A stretch of DNA of 64,000 nucleotides from an uncultured Eubacteriales bacterium (GCA_900316035.1 ONBI01000010.1:9683-73682); one strand, 5' to 3'. Shown: positions 34,074 through 44,282, counted from the first letter of the stretch. Made by a program: numbers and translations. Notes: a model not told the origin generated them from the sequence alone.

Positions 34074-35096
34074 ATGGAAGATAACAAGAGCAAACGAATG
34101 TACAAAGACCGTGTCACCATCTATGAGGTGGCCAAGGTTGCGGGCGTGTCCTTAGCGACCGTTTCCCGTGTCATCAACGGACATACCAACGTCACCGAAA
34201 AGACGAAGAAAGCGGTCGAAGATGCGATTTCCCGCTTAGGATATAAGCCTTCGGCATTAGCCCAGGGCTTAGCCAATTCCCGTTCGACCCACTTAGGTAT
34301 CATGATCCCTTCGACCGGTTATTCCTATGTCTCGAATATGCTCGACGGTATGATCGATATGGCGAAGATCTACGGCGGTTATATCACCTCGATCTTTGTC
34401 ACCCGCAGAAACAAGGAAGATGCGGCTCAGATGATCGAATCCCTCATCAAATCCCATGTCGATGGTGCGGTCATCTACGATGATCTTCTCGGTACCGATG
34501 AGATCCGTTCGATCCAGAATTACCACATCCCGCTCATTGTCATCGGTCACGATATGGAAGGCGATGCGTTAGGTTCGATCAACCTCGAATTCAAGGAGCC
34601 GATTCTCGATGTCGTCAAAGAGCATCTGATGACCGGTGCCGATGATGTCACCGTCTTAGACATCGTCAACCAGGGTAAGATGGTCGATGATATCCGCGAT
34701 TCGATTCTCGAATACGGTCAAGTCAGCGGAAAGCACATCCAAACCCTTCAGTTCAACGATTCCTACGGCATCGTCTATGCCGGTATGAAGGAATATTTCC
34801 GCACCCATAAGAGCGGTTATTTCGTCGCTCCGCGTGATTCTTTAGGCGCCGCCATCCTCAACGCCGCGTTAGAAAGCGGTCTGAGAGTTCCGGAAGATGT
34901 TCAGATTCTTGCCGAGATCGGCGGAAAGTATTCCTATATCGTCCGTCCGCAGATTTCGTCCTTCAGCATGGATATGTTCAAGGTCGGTTCGATCGCTGTC
35001 CGTATGCTCACTAAGCTTCTCAACGAACCGGATAAGATCAAGCAGAAGACGTTCAAGATGAGAGCCACCTTCAATAAGAGAGAGACCACGAAGTAA
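34074..35096 (+). CDS. LacI-family transcriptional regulator (CcpA-like)
   Basis: 340 aa. HTH VTIYEVAKVAGVSLATVSRVINGH, RLGYKPSALAQGLA, periplasmic-binding-protein-like effector domain. Confidence 0.85.
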   Translation: MEDNKSKRMYKDRVTIYEVAKVAGVSLATVSRVINGHTNVTEKTKKAVEDAISRLGYKPSALAQGLANSRSTHLGIMIPSTGYSYVSNMLDGMIDMAKIYGGYITSIFVTRRNKEDAAQMIESLIKSHVDGAVIYDDLLGTDEIRSIQNYHIPLIVIGHDMEGDALGSINLEFKEPILDVVKEHLMTGADDVTVLDIVNQGKMVDDIRDSILEYGQVSGKHIQTLQFNDSYGIVYAGMKEYFRTHKSGYFVAPRDSLGAAILNAALESGLRVPEDVQILAEIGGKYSYIVRPQISSFSMDMFKVGSIAVRMLTKLLNEPDKIKQKTFKMRATFNKRETTK

Positions 35097-35141
35097 TCTC
35101 TTCCTCTTTTCTGAGCCGGTGTGCTTTTCAGGAGGTCAGAA

Positions 35142-36875
35142 ATGCCGAAAACCTATTTTCTTGACGGTGGCATCAGCGTAGCTGCCATCGTAGTGATTGT
35201 CGTTGTCGCCGTTTTTGTTGTGGCCGCCGGTATCGTCCTCGGTATCCTTCTCTATAACCGCCATTTCAAGACCGGTGTCGAAGCTCTTGAAAAAGACTAT
35301 TCGACCTATCATACGCAGCTCACCAATGACTGCGACAAGATGGTGAAACGTCTCGGAACCTTAGGAAAGAACAACGACTATTTCCAGAAGATGTACACCG
35401 AGAAGCAGAAGCAGTATGACGAGCTGATGCAGAAAAGAGATGCGACGCTGGAAAAAGAGATTCAGAAGCTTCGCCGTCAGGTGGATCAGAAGAACTATAA
35501 GGATTATCGTCTCAACCGGGATGCCTGCGCCAAAGATACGGACGAATTCAAGAAATCCGTCTGTTCTTTCAGCGGGGACTTGACGGCTATCTTACAGGAC
35601 GATAACGATATCCATTCGGCCGCCGTCGCCGTCAAAGAGAAGTATCGCCGTGTCTGCAATTTCCGCACTGAACACGCCAAAGAACTCAAACCTCTCGACC
35701 ACAGTTTCGAATTGATCATGGCCGAAGCGGAAAAAGGTTTCGAATCCTTCAACCGCTTTTCCGATGAAGCCGATTTCAATCAGGCGAAGAAGACACTCGC
35801 CGATCTTTCTAAATTGCTGGAAGCCGTTCTGAAAGTCATGGACGATCTTCCGATTCTCGAATCTTCCGTCAATACTGCCTTACCCCGTGATATCGATAAT
35901 GTCGAAGCAAAATATCAGGAGATGCTGAAAGAAGATTATGCTTTAGATGATATGAATGTTCCCGCACGTCTTGCCGATATGCGTAACTCCGTCAAGAAAC
36001 TTCAGGATCAGCTAATCTATCTGGATACCACGGGATGCTATGAGAAGATCAACGGGATCCAGGATGAAATCACCAATATCCTTGCAAGATTCGAAGAAGA
36101 AAAAGATGCAAAGACGAGCTACCTCAACAGCCAGTCTTCCTTATCCGATTCTTCCTATGAGATTGAACGCCGCTATGCTTCCTTAGTGAACGCCTTACCG
36201 GAAAACAGCAAGACCTATATTCTCTCTCCGGCCAAAGTTTCCTCCCTCAACGATCTCAAGAGCGATATCGAAGGAATCGGTTATCTCAAACGTCAACTCG
36301 ATTCTTCTCTCGATACATCCGAACGGAAACCTTATGTCGTCATCACCCGCAAGATGAAAGAGATGCAGAGTGAGATGAGCAAGGCAAAACAGACCATGGA
36401 CGATTATGTCGCTTATATCAACGGCCTGAAGAAGACCTCCGAAGAGATCTTTTTAGGAATCCGCACCTATTACTTCCATCTCAAGGAAGCCGAAAGGAAA
36501 GTCAAAGATATCGCTTTGAATTCCTATTCCGCCTCCACCTCCAAAGAATTCGCCCGTCTCTATAACGAAATCGAAGAGATCGATAATATCATCCTCACCT
36601 GTCCGATCGATGTAACCGCGGCGAAGAACCGTTACAACTCTTTCACTTCCGAAACCAGTGCCTTCATCGATTCTGTCAACAAGAGCGAAAAAGCCTGCAA
36701 AGCAGCGGAAGAGGAAATCGTCAAAGCCAACATCTACCGTCTCGAGCATGTCGATGCCGCTTCGAGACTCGATGAAGCCGAGAAAGACTTCCTCGCCGGC
36801 GATTTCACTTCTGCTCAGCAGATAGCGAAATCGGTCGAAGAAATGTTCAAGATCACCGGTCAGGCTAACGCCTGA
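35142..36875 (+). CDS. ezrA: Septation ring formation regulator EzrA
   Basis: ~577 aa from MPKTYFLDGG (AGGAGG 7 nt upstream). Single N-terminal TM (ISVAAIVVIVVVAVFVVAAGIVLGILLY), then long coiled-coil repeats. Lies upstream of cysteine desulfurase and thiI, as in Bacillus. Confidence 0.75.
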   Translation: MPKTYFLDGGISVAAIVVIVVVAVFVVAAGIVLGILLYNRHFKTGVEALEKDYSTYHTQLTNDCDKMVKRLGTLGKNNDYFQKMYTEKQKQYDELMQKRDATLEKEIQKLRRQVDQKNYKDYRLNRDACAKDTDEFKKSVCSFSGDLTAILQDDNDIHSAAVAVKEKYRRVCNFRTEHAKELKPLDHSFELIMAEAEKGFESFNRFSDEADFNQAKKTLADLSKLLEAVLKVMDDLPILESSVNTALPRDIDNVEAKYQEMLKEDYALDDMNVPARLADMRNSVKKLQDQLIYLDTTGCYEKINGIQDEITNILARFEEEKDAKTSYLNSQSSLSDSSYEIERRYASLVNALPENSKTYILSPAKVSSLNDLKSDIEGIGYLKRQLDSSLDTSERKPYVVITRKMKEMQSEMSKAKQTMDDYVAYINGLKKTSEEIFLGIRTYYFHLKEAERKVKDIALNSYSASTSKEFARLYNEIEEIDNIILTCPIDVTAAKNRYNSFTSETSAFIDSVNKSEKACKAAEEEIVKANIYRLEHVDAASRLDEAEKDFLAGDFTSAQQIAKSVEEMFKITGQANA

Positions 36876-36908
36876 ACCGGTGTTTCTGTCTAAAAAGAAG
36901 GTTTGTGT

Positions 36909-38048
36909 ATGAAAGAAAATATCTATTTTGATTGCGCGGCTACTTTACCGCCGTGCCAACAGGCTCTCGACACCTTTGTGAAGATGTCAAAGGATTATTT
37001 TGCCAATGCTTCCGCTAATCACGCATTAGGTTTTGAAGCTTCCGATAAACTCGAAAAAGCAAGAGCTCAGATCGCCCGTTATCTTTCAGTAAAACCAGAA
37101 GAAGTGATCTTCACTTCCGGTGCCAGCGAAGGCAATAACCTCGTGATCCGCGGAGTCAGTGAACACGACCGCTCCTGGGCAAAGCAGATCATCACCACGA
37201 AAGCCGAACATCCTTCCGTCAGCGTTGTTTTCGATACGATGGAAAAAGAAGGCTTTGACGTTGTCCGTCTTGATTACGATAAAGAAGGAAAGCTCAATCT
37301 CGCCGAGTTAGAAAAAGCTCTTCAGGCCAAGAAGACATCTTTAGTCTCCGTGATGGCCGTCAATAATGAGGTCGGCTATATCTTCCCGATCAAGGAAGTC
37401 TATGATCTCTGCCATAAATACGGAGCTGTTTTACATGTCGATGCTACGCAGGCTATCGGGAAAGAGCCGATTGACCCGAATAGCTACGACCTTCTTACTT
37501 TCTCCGGTCATAAGATTGCCGGACTGAAGGGAAGCGGTGCCTTGATCAAGAAAAGCAACGTCAATCTCGATCCGCAGATTGTCGGTGGAAGTCAGGAGTT
37601 CCATCTCCGTGCCGGAACGACTCCTTTAGGACTGGATTGTTCGTTAGCGACCGCTTTACGCATCACCTTAGAAACCTATCCGGAAAGAAGAAAGAATGCG
37701 GTTGCTCTCAACCAGCTTCTCCGCAAGGGACTTAAGGAAATCGACGAGGTCGTCATCACTTCACCGGAAACGGCAACGCCTTTTATCCTCAACTTCGCTT
37801 TGACCAAGCATAAAGGTTCGGTCATCGCCGAAGCCTTATCGAACGAAGGAATCTACGTCTCTACCAAATCTGCCTGTAACGCAAGAGAAAAAGGATATTC
37901 CAGTGTTCTTGCGAACGCCGGTTATCCGATCGATATCGCATCGAATGCAATCCGTCTATCTTTCTCCGGGCAGGAGACTTTAGCCGAGGGGGAGACTTTC
38001 CTCTCTGTGCTGAAGAATCTCTTAGCCACTATCAAAGAGAGGAGTTAA
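36909..38048 (+). CDS. Cysteine desulfurase (class V aminotransferase, NifZ/IscS-like, ThiI partner)
   Basis: PLP-Lys motif FSGHKIAGLKG. Active-site loop STKSACNA. Start taken at ATG 36909, 8 nt from AGAAGG. Confidence 0.85.
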   Translation: MKENIYFDCAATLPPCQQALDTFVKMSKDYFANASANHALGFEASDKLEKARAQIARYLSVKPEEVIFTSGASEGNNLVIRGVSEHDRSWAKQIITTKAEHPSVSVVFDTMEKEGFDVVRLDYDKEGKLNLAELEKALQAKKTSLVSVMAVNNEVGYIFPIKEVYDLCHKYGAVLHVDATQAIGKEPIDPNSYDLLTFSGHKIAGLKGSGALIKKSNVNLDPQIVGGSQEFHLRAGTTPLGLDCSLATALRITLETYPERRKNAVALNQLLRKGLKEIDEVVITSPETATPFILNFALTKHKGSVIAEALSNEGIYVSTKSACNAREKGYSSVLANAGYPIDIASNAIRLSFSGQETLAEGETFLSVLKNLLATIKERS

Positions 38049-38051
38049 CTT

Positions 38052-39236
38052 ATGGAATCCAACGATATGATCATCGTCTTCTATGGGGAATTAGGAACCA
38101 AGGGAAGAAACATCATGGACTTCATCCACCTTTTAGGGAAGAACATCCAGTTCGCCCTGAAGGATTTCAGACAGCTGAAGATCGAAGTCCACAAAGACCA
38201 TACTTATATCCTTTTGAACGGTACTCCGTATGCGGATGTCGCAGACAAGCTCACCAAGATTCCGGGAATCGCTTCTTTCGCTTTGGCCCGCAATGTCGAA
38301 AGAACCATCGATAGTATCGGAGCCGAGGCTTCCCGTCTTTATCAAGAAGAGGGTAAGAAAACCTTCAAAATTGAAACCAAGAGAGCCGATAAGGAATTCC
38401 CTATCCACTCCGATGTAGTCTCCCGACAGGTCGGTGCTTACGTCTTACGTCATAATCCGGATAGCAAAGTAGATGTCCATCATCCGGAACTGCTGATCGA
38501 AGTCTATATCCGCTTAGAAGGAGCTTTCGTCTACGCATCGAAGGAAAAAGGTATGGGCGGTTATCCTTTAGGGATTGCCGGTAAGACCCTGACTCTCCTT
38601 TCCGGCGGCATCGATTCGCCGGTCGCTGCTTATCTGATGATGAAGCGGGGTGTCAAAGTCGAAGCCATCCACTTTGCGGCTCCACCTTATACTTCGGAAG
38701 CGGTCATCACTAAAATCCACGATCTTCTTCATGTCCTCAATGGCATCCAGCCGGATATCAAGCTCTATGTCGTTCCCTTCACAGACTTAGAAAGAAAGAT
38801 CTATGAAGTCGCCGGTCCGAGCTACTGCGTCACCGTCATGAGACGTATGATGATCCGCATCGCCGAAGGTATCGCCTATCGTCATAACGACTTATGTCTC
38901 TCCGGTGGCGAATCGATCGGACAGGTCGCTTCCCAGACTCTTTATAGTCTTAAGGTCATCGAAGAAGTCTCTACTCTTCCTTTCTTCCGTCCGTTAGCCA
39001 CTTACGATAAAACCGAAATCATCGATTTAGCAAAGAAAATCGGCACTTACGATATCTCGATCCGTCCTTATGAAGATTGCTGCACAATCTTCCAGCTCAA
39101 GGATCCGGTCACCCATCCTTCCCATGATGTGGTCGCCGAGTTAGAGAGCAAGTTCGACTATAAAACGATGGTCCATGACTGTATCAAGAACACCAAAGCC
39201 GAACATATCACGCTCGAAGAAAGCGAAGAATTCTAG
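38052..39236 (+). CDS. thiI: tRNA 4-thiouridine synthase ThiI (no rhodanese domain)
   Basis: 394 aa. THUMP-type N-terminus (YGELGTKGRN). PP-loop LLSGGIDSPVAAYLMMKRG. Confidence 0.9.
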   Translation: MESNDMIIVFYGELGTKGRNIMDFIHLLGKNIQFALKDFRQLKIEVHKDHTYILLNGTPYADVADKLTKIPGIASFALARNVERTIDSIGAEASRLYQEEGKKTFKIETKRADKEFPIHSDVVSRQVGAYVLRHNPDSKVDVHHPELLIEVYIRLEGAFVYASKEKGMGGYPLGIAGKTLTLLSGGIDSPVAAYLMMKRGVKVEAIHFAAPPYTSEAVITKIHDLLHVLNGIQPDIKLYVVPFTDLERKIYEVAGPSYCVTVMRRMMIRIAEGIAYRHNDLCLSGGESIGQVASQTLYSLKVIEEVSTLPFFRPLATYDKTEIIDLAKKIGTYDISIRPYEDCCTIFQLKDPVTHPSHDVVAELESKFDYKTMVHDCIKNTKAEHITLEESEEF

Positions 39237-39243
39237 TCTCCGA

Positions 39244-39270
39244 TAGCTCTGTCGCAAGGCAGAGCTTTTC
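39244..39270 (+). terminator. Terminator after thiI
   Basis: AGCTCTG-tcgcaagg-CAGAGCTTTT. Confidence 0.65.
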
Positions 39271-39283
39271 TTATGGTAGACAA

Positions 39284-39328
39284 AGAAAAAGGACTGCTTC
39301 TTTCCTTTTCCGGATGAGAAACAGTCCT
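39284..39328 (-). terminator. Terminator after rplT
   Basis: Minus strand reads GGACTG-25 nt-CAGTCCTTTTTCT. The loop is long, hence moderate confidence. Confidence 0.45.
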
Positions 39329-39350
39329 CTATAAGCAAATAGGAAGGTGA

Positions 39351-39716
39351 TTACTTCGAAGCCTTCGCTAAGGCATCCTTAGCGGTAGCGACTAAGTTCT
39401 TGAACTCTTCCGGATTGGTGCCGGCGATTTCGCTGAGCATCTTACGGTTGAGCTGAACATTCGCTAAGCTGAGGCCGTGCATGAACTGAGAATAGGAGAT
39501 GTCGTTGAGCTTGCAGGCAGCCGAGATACGGCGGATCCAGAGCTTACGGAACTCCTGCTTTCTTTCCTTACGGCCGTTGAAAGCATGCTGTTCGGCCTTG
39601 ATGTTGGCTTCTTTGGCAGTCTTGAAGAGCTTATGTCTGGCTCCGTAGTAGCCTTCGACTCTCTTTAAGATTCTCTTGCGGTTATTCTTGCGGACCGTGC
39701 CACGTTTAACTCTCAT
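39351..39716 (-). CDS. rplT: 50S ribosomal protein L20
   Basis: 121 aa. MRVKRGTVRKNNRKRILK... Confidence 0.95.
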   Translation of the reverse strand: MRVKRGTVRKNNRKRILKRVEGYYGARHKLFKTAKEANIKAEQHAFNGRKERKQEFRKLWIRRISAACKLNDISYSQFMHGLSLANVQLNRKMLSEIAGTNPEEFKNLVATAKDALAKASK

Positions 39717-39732
39717 TGTTTCTTACCTCTCT

Positions 39733-39927
39733 TTACTTGCTGATCAAAGCCTTCATCTTTCTTCCTTCGCGGGAATTGAGATATCTGGCCTTGCGGTTGT
39801 GACGGATCATCTTGTGGGTCTTGTTGTGGGAGAGGTGGCTCGTGTTCTGGTTCCACTTCTTGACCTTACCGCTAGCGGTGAACTTGAATCTCTTGACGGC
39901 ACCACGTTTACTCTTCATTTTCGGCAT
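39733..39927 (-). CDS. rpmI: 50S ribosomal protein L35
   Basis: 64 aa. MPKMKSKRGAVKRFKFTASGK... Confidence 0.95.
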   Translation of the reverse strand: MPKMKSKRGAVKRFKFTASGKVKKWNQNTSHLSHNKTHKMIRHNRKARYLNSREGRKMKALISK

Positions 39928-39940
39928 AATGTTTGCCCTC

Positions 39941-40513
39941 CTATTTCTTCGACTTCGGATTCAGCATGACGAAGTAGTCTTTGCCTAAGAGCTCCGGCTC
40001 CTTCTCGGCAGTTGCATAGTCTTTGACCATATCGAGGAAGGTGTTGAGCGTCTCTTTGACGATGTCCATTCTTTGCATCATACGTCCTTTGATGAAGACA
40101 GCGACCTTGACTTTGCTCCCCTCTTCGAGGAACTTGATCGTTGCTTTGGCTTTCGTCTCCAGATCGTGCTTATCCGTGGTAGCGGTGAAGCGGATCTCCT
40201 TGACGACCGTCTTCTTCTGGTTCTTCTTCGCCTCTTTGGCTTTCTTGTCCTTTTCGAACTTGTACTTTCCATAGTCGACAATACGGCAGACCGGCGGCTG
40301 AGCGTTCGGTGAAACGCAAAGTAAATCCATACCGGCGTCGATCGACTTCTGCTGAGCTACACGGATCGGAAGGACACCATAGCTCTCCCCGTTCGGACCG
40401 ATCAAAAGAACTTCCTTGAAGCGGATTCTTTCATTGACCAAGTCGCGATCGTTATTGTTGAAGCGACGAGGACGGAACGATGCACCATTTCCCTGATACT
40501 TGTTTATAAGCAA
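39941..40513 (-). CDS. infC: Translation initiation factor IF-3 (non-ATG start)
   Basis: DLVNERIRFKEVLLIGPNGESYGVLP... There is no in-frame ATG near the 5' end. Candidate starts are TTG 40513 (3 nt after AGGAGG) or ATA 40507 (9 nt after AGGAGG). Confidence 0.9.
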   Translation of the reverse strand: MLINKYQGNGASFRPRRFNNNDRDLVNERIRFKEVLLIGPNGESYGVLPIRVAQQKSIDAGMDLLCVSPNAQPPVCRIVDYGKYKFEKDKKAKEAKKNQKKTVVKEIRFTATTDKHDLETKAKATIKFLEEGSKVKVAVFIKGRMMQRMDIVKETLNTFLDMVKDYATAEKEPELLGKDYFVMLNPKSKK

Positions 40514-40746
40514 TATCCTCCTGTCTAAGATGCTGAACGAAAAAAGGACTTTTCCCGAAGGAGAAGCCCGTACTCATTCCATTGAAGCACGCTAGGGAAA
40601 CCGATCTTCCCACGCTAAGAGATAGATAACGTGAACCGATGTGGTTTTCTTACGCGATAGCTCACTGGCATTTGGCCCAAAGGAACAGAATCCAATCAGG
40701 CGAGAACGGGAGTTCTCTTTCTCAGTTGCGTTTTTTCGCAAGAGAA
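40514..40746 (-). promoter_or_regulatory. infC-rpmI-rplT leader with intrinsic attenuator terminator (L20-leader type)
   Basis: ~225-nt 5' UTR. Minus strand reads GGGCTTCTCC-ttcg-GGAAAAGTCCTTTTTT at 40539-40570, just upstream of the infC SD. Position matches the L20-controlled attenuator of B. subtilis. The L20-binding fold itself is not verified. Confidence 0.5.
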
Positions 40747-40775
40747 AGTATACCCTTCCCACTTATGTTTGTCAA
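40747..40775 (-). promoter_or_regulatory. Sigma-A promoter of the infC operon
   Basis: Minus strand reads TTGACA-17 nt-TATACT. Confidence 0.7.
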
Positions 40776-40838
40776 CTTGCTTCCGTAATTTTCGCTCCTG
40801 CGATATAATGGAGTCTCGAGCAATGGAGGCTCAAAAAA

Positions 40839-41489
40839 ATGGATATCAGCCAGTATAAGAACGTCACTCTGCTCGACCACCCGCTTCTCAAACACAAGAT
40901 TTCGATTCTTCGCGACAAGAACACTCCGACCAGCCAGTTCCGTCAGATCGTCAAGGAAGTTGCCGTCATGGAAGGTTATGAAGCCTTAAAGGACGTCAAG
41001 ACCCACCTTGTCGAGATCGAGACCCCGATTGAAAAGACCAAACAGCCGATGGTGGAAGGAAGTCACCTCTGCTTCGTTCCGATTCTCCGTGCCGGTATGG
41101 GTATGGTCGATGGTATGACCGAACTGGTTCCGACCGCCAAAGTCGGACATATCGGCTTATACCGCGATGAAGTCACGCATGAGCCTCATGAATATTATTG
41201 CAAACTTCCGGATCATCTCGATCAGAAGGAAGTCTATGTTCTCGACCCGATGCTTGCCACCGGCGGTTCCTCAATCGATGCCATCAAGCTTTTAAAGCAG
41301 CACGGTGCTAAGCATCTTCACTTCATCTGCATCATCGCCGCTCCGGAAGGTGTCAAAGCTTTCTGCGAAGCGAACCCCGATATTCCTCTCTACATCGGTG
41401 CTCTTGACCGTCAGCTCAACGAAAACGCCTATATCTGCCCTGGTCTTGGCGATGCCGGCGACCGTATCTTCGGTACTGTCAAAGAATAA
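40839..41489 (+). CDS. upp: Uracil phosphoribosyltransferase
   Basis: 216 aa. VPILRAGMGM, PRPP motif VYVLDPMLATGGS, PGLGDAGDRIFGT. Confidence 0.95.
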   Translation: MDISQYKNVTLLDHPLLKHKISILRDKNTPTSQFRQIVKEVAVMEGYEALKDVKTHLVEIETPIEKTKQPMVEGSHLCFVPILRAGMGMVDGMTELVPTAKVGHIGLYRDEVTHEPHEYYCKLPDHLDQKEVYVLDPMLATGGSSIDAIKLLKQHGAKHLHFICIIAAPEGVKAFCEANPDIPLYIGALDRQLNENAYICPGLGDAGDRIFGTVKE

Positions 41490-41498
41490 TAGATGCCT

Positions 41499-41534
41499 TT
41501 GCTCTTCTCCCTTCGGGGAGAGGAGCATTTTTTC
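41499..41534 (+). terminator. Terminator after upp
   Basis: GCTCTTCTCCC-ttcg-GGGAGAGGAGCATTTTTT. Confidence 0.7.
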
Positions 41535-41540
41535 TAACTG

Positions 41541-41573
41541 AGAGAAAAGCAGGAATCGCCTGGACCCCTGCTC
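41541..41573 (-). terminator. Terminator after the acetyltransferase gene
   Basis: Minus strand reads AGCAGG-loop-CCTGCTTTTCTCT. Confidence 0.45.
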
Positions 41574-41588
41574 GTTCTTTTTATTTTC

Positions 41589-42224
41589 CTATTTCAGCAG
41601 CTCTTCCGGAATCTTCTTTCCGTGATCATAGGTGACTTCATCGTCCTCATTGAGATAGCGGAGAATATGGGCGGGATTTCCAACCACAATTGCATTCTTC
41701 GGAACATCGTGGGTGACAACAGAGCCAGCTCCGATCACAGCACCATCGCCGATCGTAAGTCCTGGTAAGACGATTGCTCCTGCTCCGATCCAGACATCTT
41801 TTCCGATATGGATTGGTTTATTGTATTCCGCCTGTTTTTCTCTTAAACGGGGAGAAAGGGCATGGCTCGCCGTCACCAAAGTGACATTCGGTCCAAACAT
41901 CGTATGGTCGCCGATATAGATAGAGGCATCATCGACTAAAGTCGTATGGAAATTCATATAGACATGGGAACCGATAAAGACATGTTTTAAACCCCAGTTG
42001 GAATAGACCGGAGGTTCGATATAGGTTCCTTCCCCACAGCTTCCGGCCATCTCATGGAGAAGCTCTTCTCTCCGTTTGAGTCCTTCTTCGGTCGGGACAG
42101 TGGCGTTGAATTCATAGAGCTTCACAAGATAGGAATTCTGCACATCGACAATGCTGTTCCGTCTCGGATCGTAAAGAGTTCCGGAATTGAGAAGTTCGGT
42201 CAAGTCCTCTTCTTTTTTCTCCAT
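41589..42224 (-). CDS. Sugar O-acetyltransferase (maltose/galactoside acetyltransferase family, hexapeptide repeat)
   Basis: 211 aa. N-terminal Mac-type segment (LNSGTLYDP...). Left-handed beta-helix repeats [44 protein letters not shown]. Confidence 0.8.
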   Translation of the reverse strand: MEKKEEDLTELLNSGTLYDPRRNSIVDVQNSYLVKLYEFNATVPTEEGLKRREELLHEMAGSCGEGTYIEPPVYSNWGLKHVFIGSHVYMNFHTTLVDDASIYIGDHTMFGPNVTLVTASHALSPRLREKQAEYNKPIHIGKDVWIGAGAIVLPGLTIGDGAVIGAGSVVTHDVPKNAIVVGNPAHILRYLNEDDEVTYDHGKKIPEELLK

Positions 42225-42285
42225 AATCGTTCCTTTCCGCTTTGGTTAAAAGGATAAAACAATAGGCTTTTTTGCTTTTCTTTAT

Positions 42286-42291
42286 TATAAT
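42286..42291 (+). promoter_or_regulatory. -10 box (TATAAT) 9 nt upstream of the RluA-family gene ATG, near-leaderless
   Basis: TATAATggtcacacgATG. No SD. Confidence 0.4.
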
Positions 42292-42300
42292 GGTCACACG

Positions 42301-42963
42301 ATGAAAACGGAACGGAACTTCACTCTCCTATACGAAGATAGAGACCTTCTTGCCGTATGGAAAAAAGGTGGTCTCTTGACGATCGGTACCGAGAAAGATA
42401 AAGAACATAATCTCTATCATTATGTAAGAGAATATGCCAATCTCCATAGGGAACGTATCTTCATTGTCCACCGTCTGGACAAGGATACTTCCGGCATTGT
42501 TCTTTTTGCCAAGAACTATCCTCTCAAGGAAGTGCTTCAGGACGAATTTGCTAAACACACCGTGAAGCGTTACTATGAAGCCGTTGTCAAAGAGAAGCTT
42601 CCTTTGGGAATTAAAAAGAAAGTCGTTCAGTATCTTTCTTATGATCCGCGCTCTGGGTTAGTAAGAGTGACAAAGAATCCAAAAGAAGGAAAGGAAGCAA
42701 TCACTCTGGTTACTACCGATCACACTCTTCCTTTTGGAACGGCTCTCCGGATTGAGATTCTCACCGGTAGACAGCATCAGATCCGTCTAGCCCTTCATTC
42801 TCTCGGCTACACTCTGATCGGGGATGATAAATACGCCCACGACAGGAATAAGAGAATGTATCTGAACGAATACGAACTGGATTTACCTTCCTATCTGCAT
42901 CTGAAACAGCATCGTTTTGCTTTGACTCCTTTATGGATATCCAATAAGAAAAGCGAGGAATAA
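42301..42963 (+). CDS. RluA-family pseudouridine synthase (catalytic domain only, no S4 domain)
   Basis: 220 aa. HRLDKDTSGIVLFAK, YEAVV, GRQHQIRLAL. Confidence 0.8.
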   Translation: MKTERNFTLLYEDRDLLAVWKKGGLLTIGTEKDKEHNLYHYVREYANLHRERIFIVHRLDKDTSGIVLFAKNYPLKEVLQDEFAKHTVKRYYEAVVKEKLPLGIKKKVVQYLSYDPRSGLVRVTKNPKEGKEAITLVTTDHTLPFGTALRIEILTGRQHQIRLALHSLGYTLIGDDKYAHDRNKRMYLNEYELDLPSYLHLKQHRFALTPLWISNKKSEE

Positions 42964-42968
42964 ACAAT

Positions 42969-44282
42969 ATGGTTATCACAATGGCTATCGATATCTACGG
43001 CGATAAAAATAACGGAACGACCGTCACCGCAATGCGTACCGCGGCATCTTTGATCAAAGCCGGAAACGAAGTCCGTGTCATCGCCTGGGTTCCGGATAAA
43101 ATCCAAGGAGATATCATCGACGGCGTGAAGGTCTTACGCTGCCATAAAGTTGTCGTACCGGTCTTTGAAGGACTGATTGAAGCAAACGGCTTCACCTTCG
43201 GTAATATCGATGAAAAGGCAATTGCCGACTTCATCAAGGGAAGCGATGTCGTTCATCTCCTTCTCCCTTTCCCGCTTGAGAGGAAAGTCATGCATGTCGC
43301 TCAGGCGATGAATATCCCTGTCACCAACGCTTTCCATCTTCAGCCGGATTCGATTTCCTATAATATCCACTTAGGAAAGTGCCAGCCGATCAACTCTTTC
43401 ATCTATCATCTTTTCTATCGTTGGACCTTCAAATATACCCGTACCGTCCATACCCCTTCTCAGAACATGAGAAGACTCATGTATGTCCATCATTACCGGA
43501 ACGATATCCACGCCATCTCCAATGGTGTTTCTCCTTTCTTCGAGAAGATGGATGTTAAAAAGCCCGCTGAATTAAAAGACAAATACATCATCATGATGAC
43601 GGGAAGACTCTCCGGCGAAAAGAGACAGGATCTCATCATCAAAGCGGTAGGTCATTCGAAATATAACGATAAGATTCAGCTCATCTTCTGCGGTCAGGGA
43701 CCGAGAAAGAAGCAGTACGAACGCCTATCCAAGAAGTATCTGAAGAACCCTGCCATCTTCAAGTTCGTCACTCAGAAAGAAGTCCGCGATATCATCAACT
43801 ACTCCGATCTTTATATCCATGCTTCCGATATCGAATCCGAAGCGATCGCCTGTATCGAAGCCTTCACCTGCGGAAAGGTACCAATCATCTCCGATAGCAA
43901 ATACTCCGCAACCAATTACTTCGCGTTAGATAAACGCTGTCTTTTCAAAGCCGGAAACTATCTCGACTTACGTGACCGCATCGAATACTTCATCGAGCAT
44001 CCGGAAGTCGTCAAAGAACTTTCCGTCAAGTACATCGAATACGGAAAGAAGTTTGCTCTTTACGATAAAGCGGACCAACTCGAAGATATGATGAAGCTGG
44101 AAATCTCCCGCCATCAGGAAGATGAAAAACAGCATCGTATGTTCTATTCTTCCGCAAAAGAGAGACGTAAGATCCGTAAGGCTGCGAAAAAAGCCGGTCT
44201 TCCGAAACCTACTCTCTATAAGAAAGATGTCTACCATTCGAAAGAATGGAAAGAATACGTCGCTAAGATCGATAAAAACTAA
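42969..44282 (+). CDS. GT4-family glycosyltransferase (glycolipid-synthase-like) with Lys-rich C-terminal tail
   Basis: 437 aa. GT-B/GT4 pattern: MMTGRLSGEKRQDLIIKAV, LYIHASDIESEAIACIEAFTCGKVPII. The specific substrate is not inferable. Confidence 0.75.
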   Translation: MVITMAIDIYGDKNNGTTVTAMRTAASLIKAGNEVRVIAWVPDKIQGDIIDGVKVLRCHKVVVPVFEGLIEANGFTFGNIDEKAIADFIKGSDVVHLLLPFPLERKVMHVAQAMNIPVTNAFHLQPDSISYNIHLGKCQPINSFIYHLFYRWTFKYTRTVHTPSQNMRRLMYVHHYRNDIHAISNGVSPFFEKMDVKKPAELKDKYIIMMTGRLSGEKRQDLIIKAVGHSKYNDKIQLIFCGQGPRKKQYERLSKKYLKNPAIFKFVTQKEVRDIINYSDLYIHASDIESEAIACIEAFTCGKVPIISDSKYSATNYFALDKRCLFKAGNYLDLRDRIEYFIEHPEVVKELSVKYIEYGKKFALYDKADQLEDMMKLEISRHQEDEKQHRMFYSSAKERRKIRKAAKKAGLPKPTLYKKDVYHSKEWKEYVAKIDKN

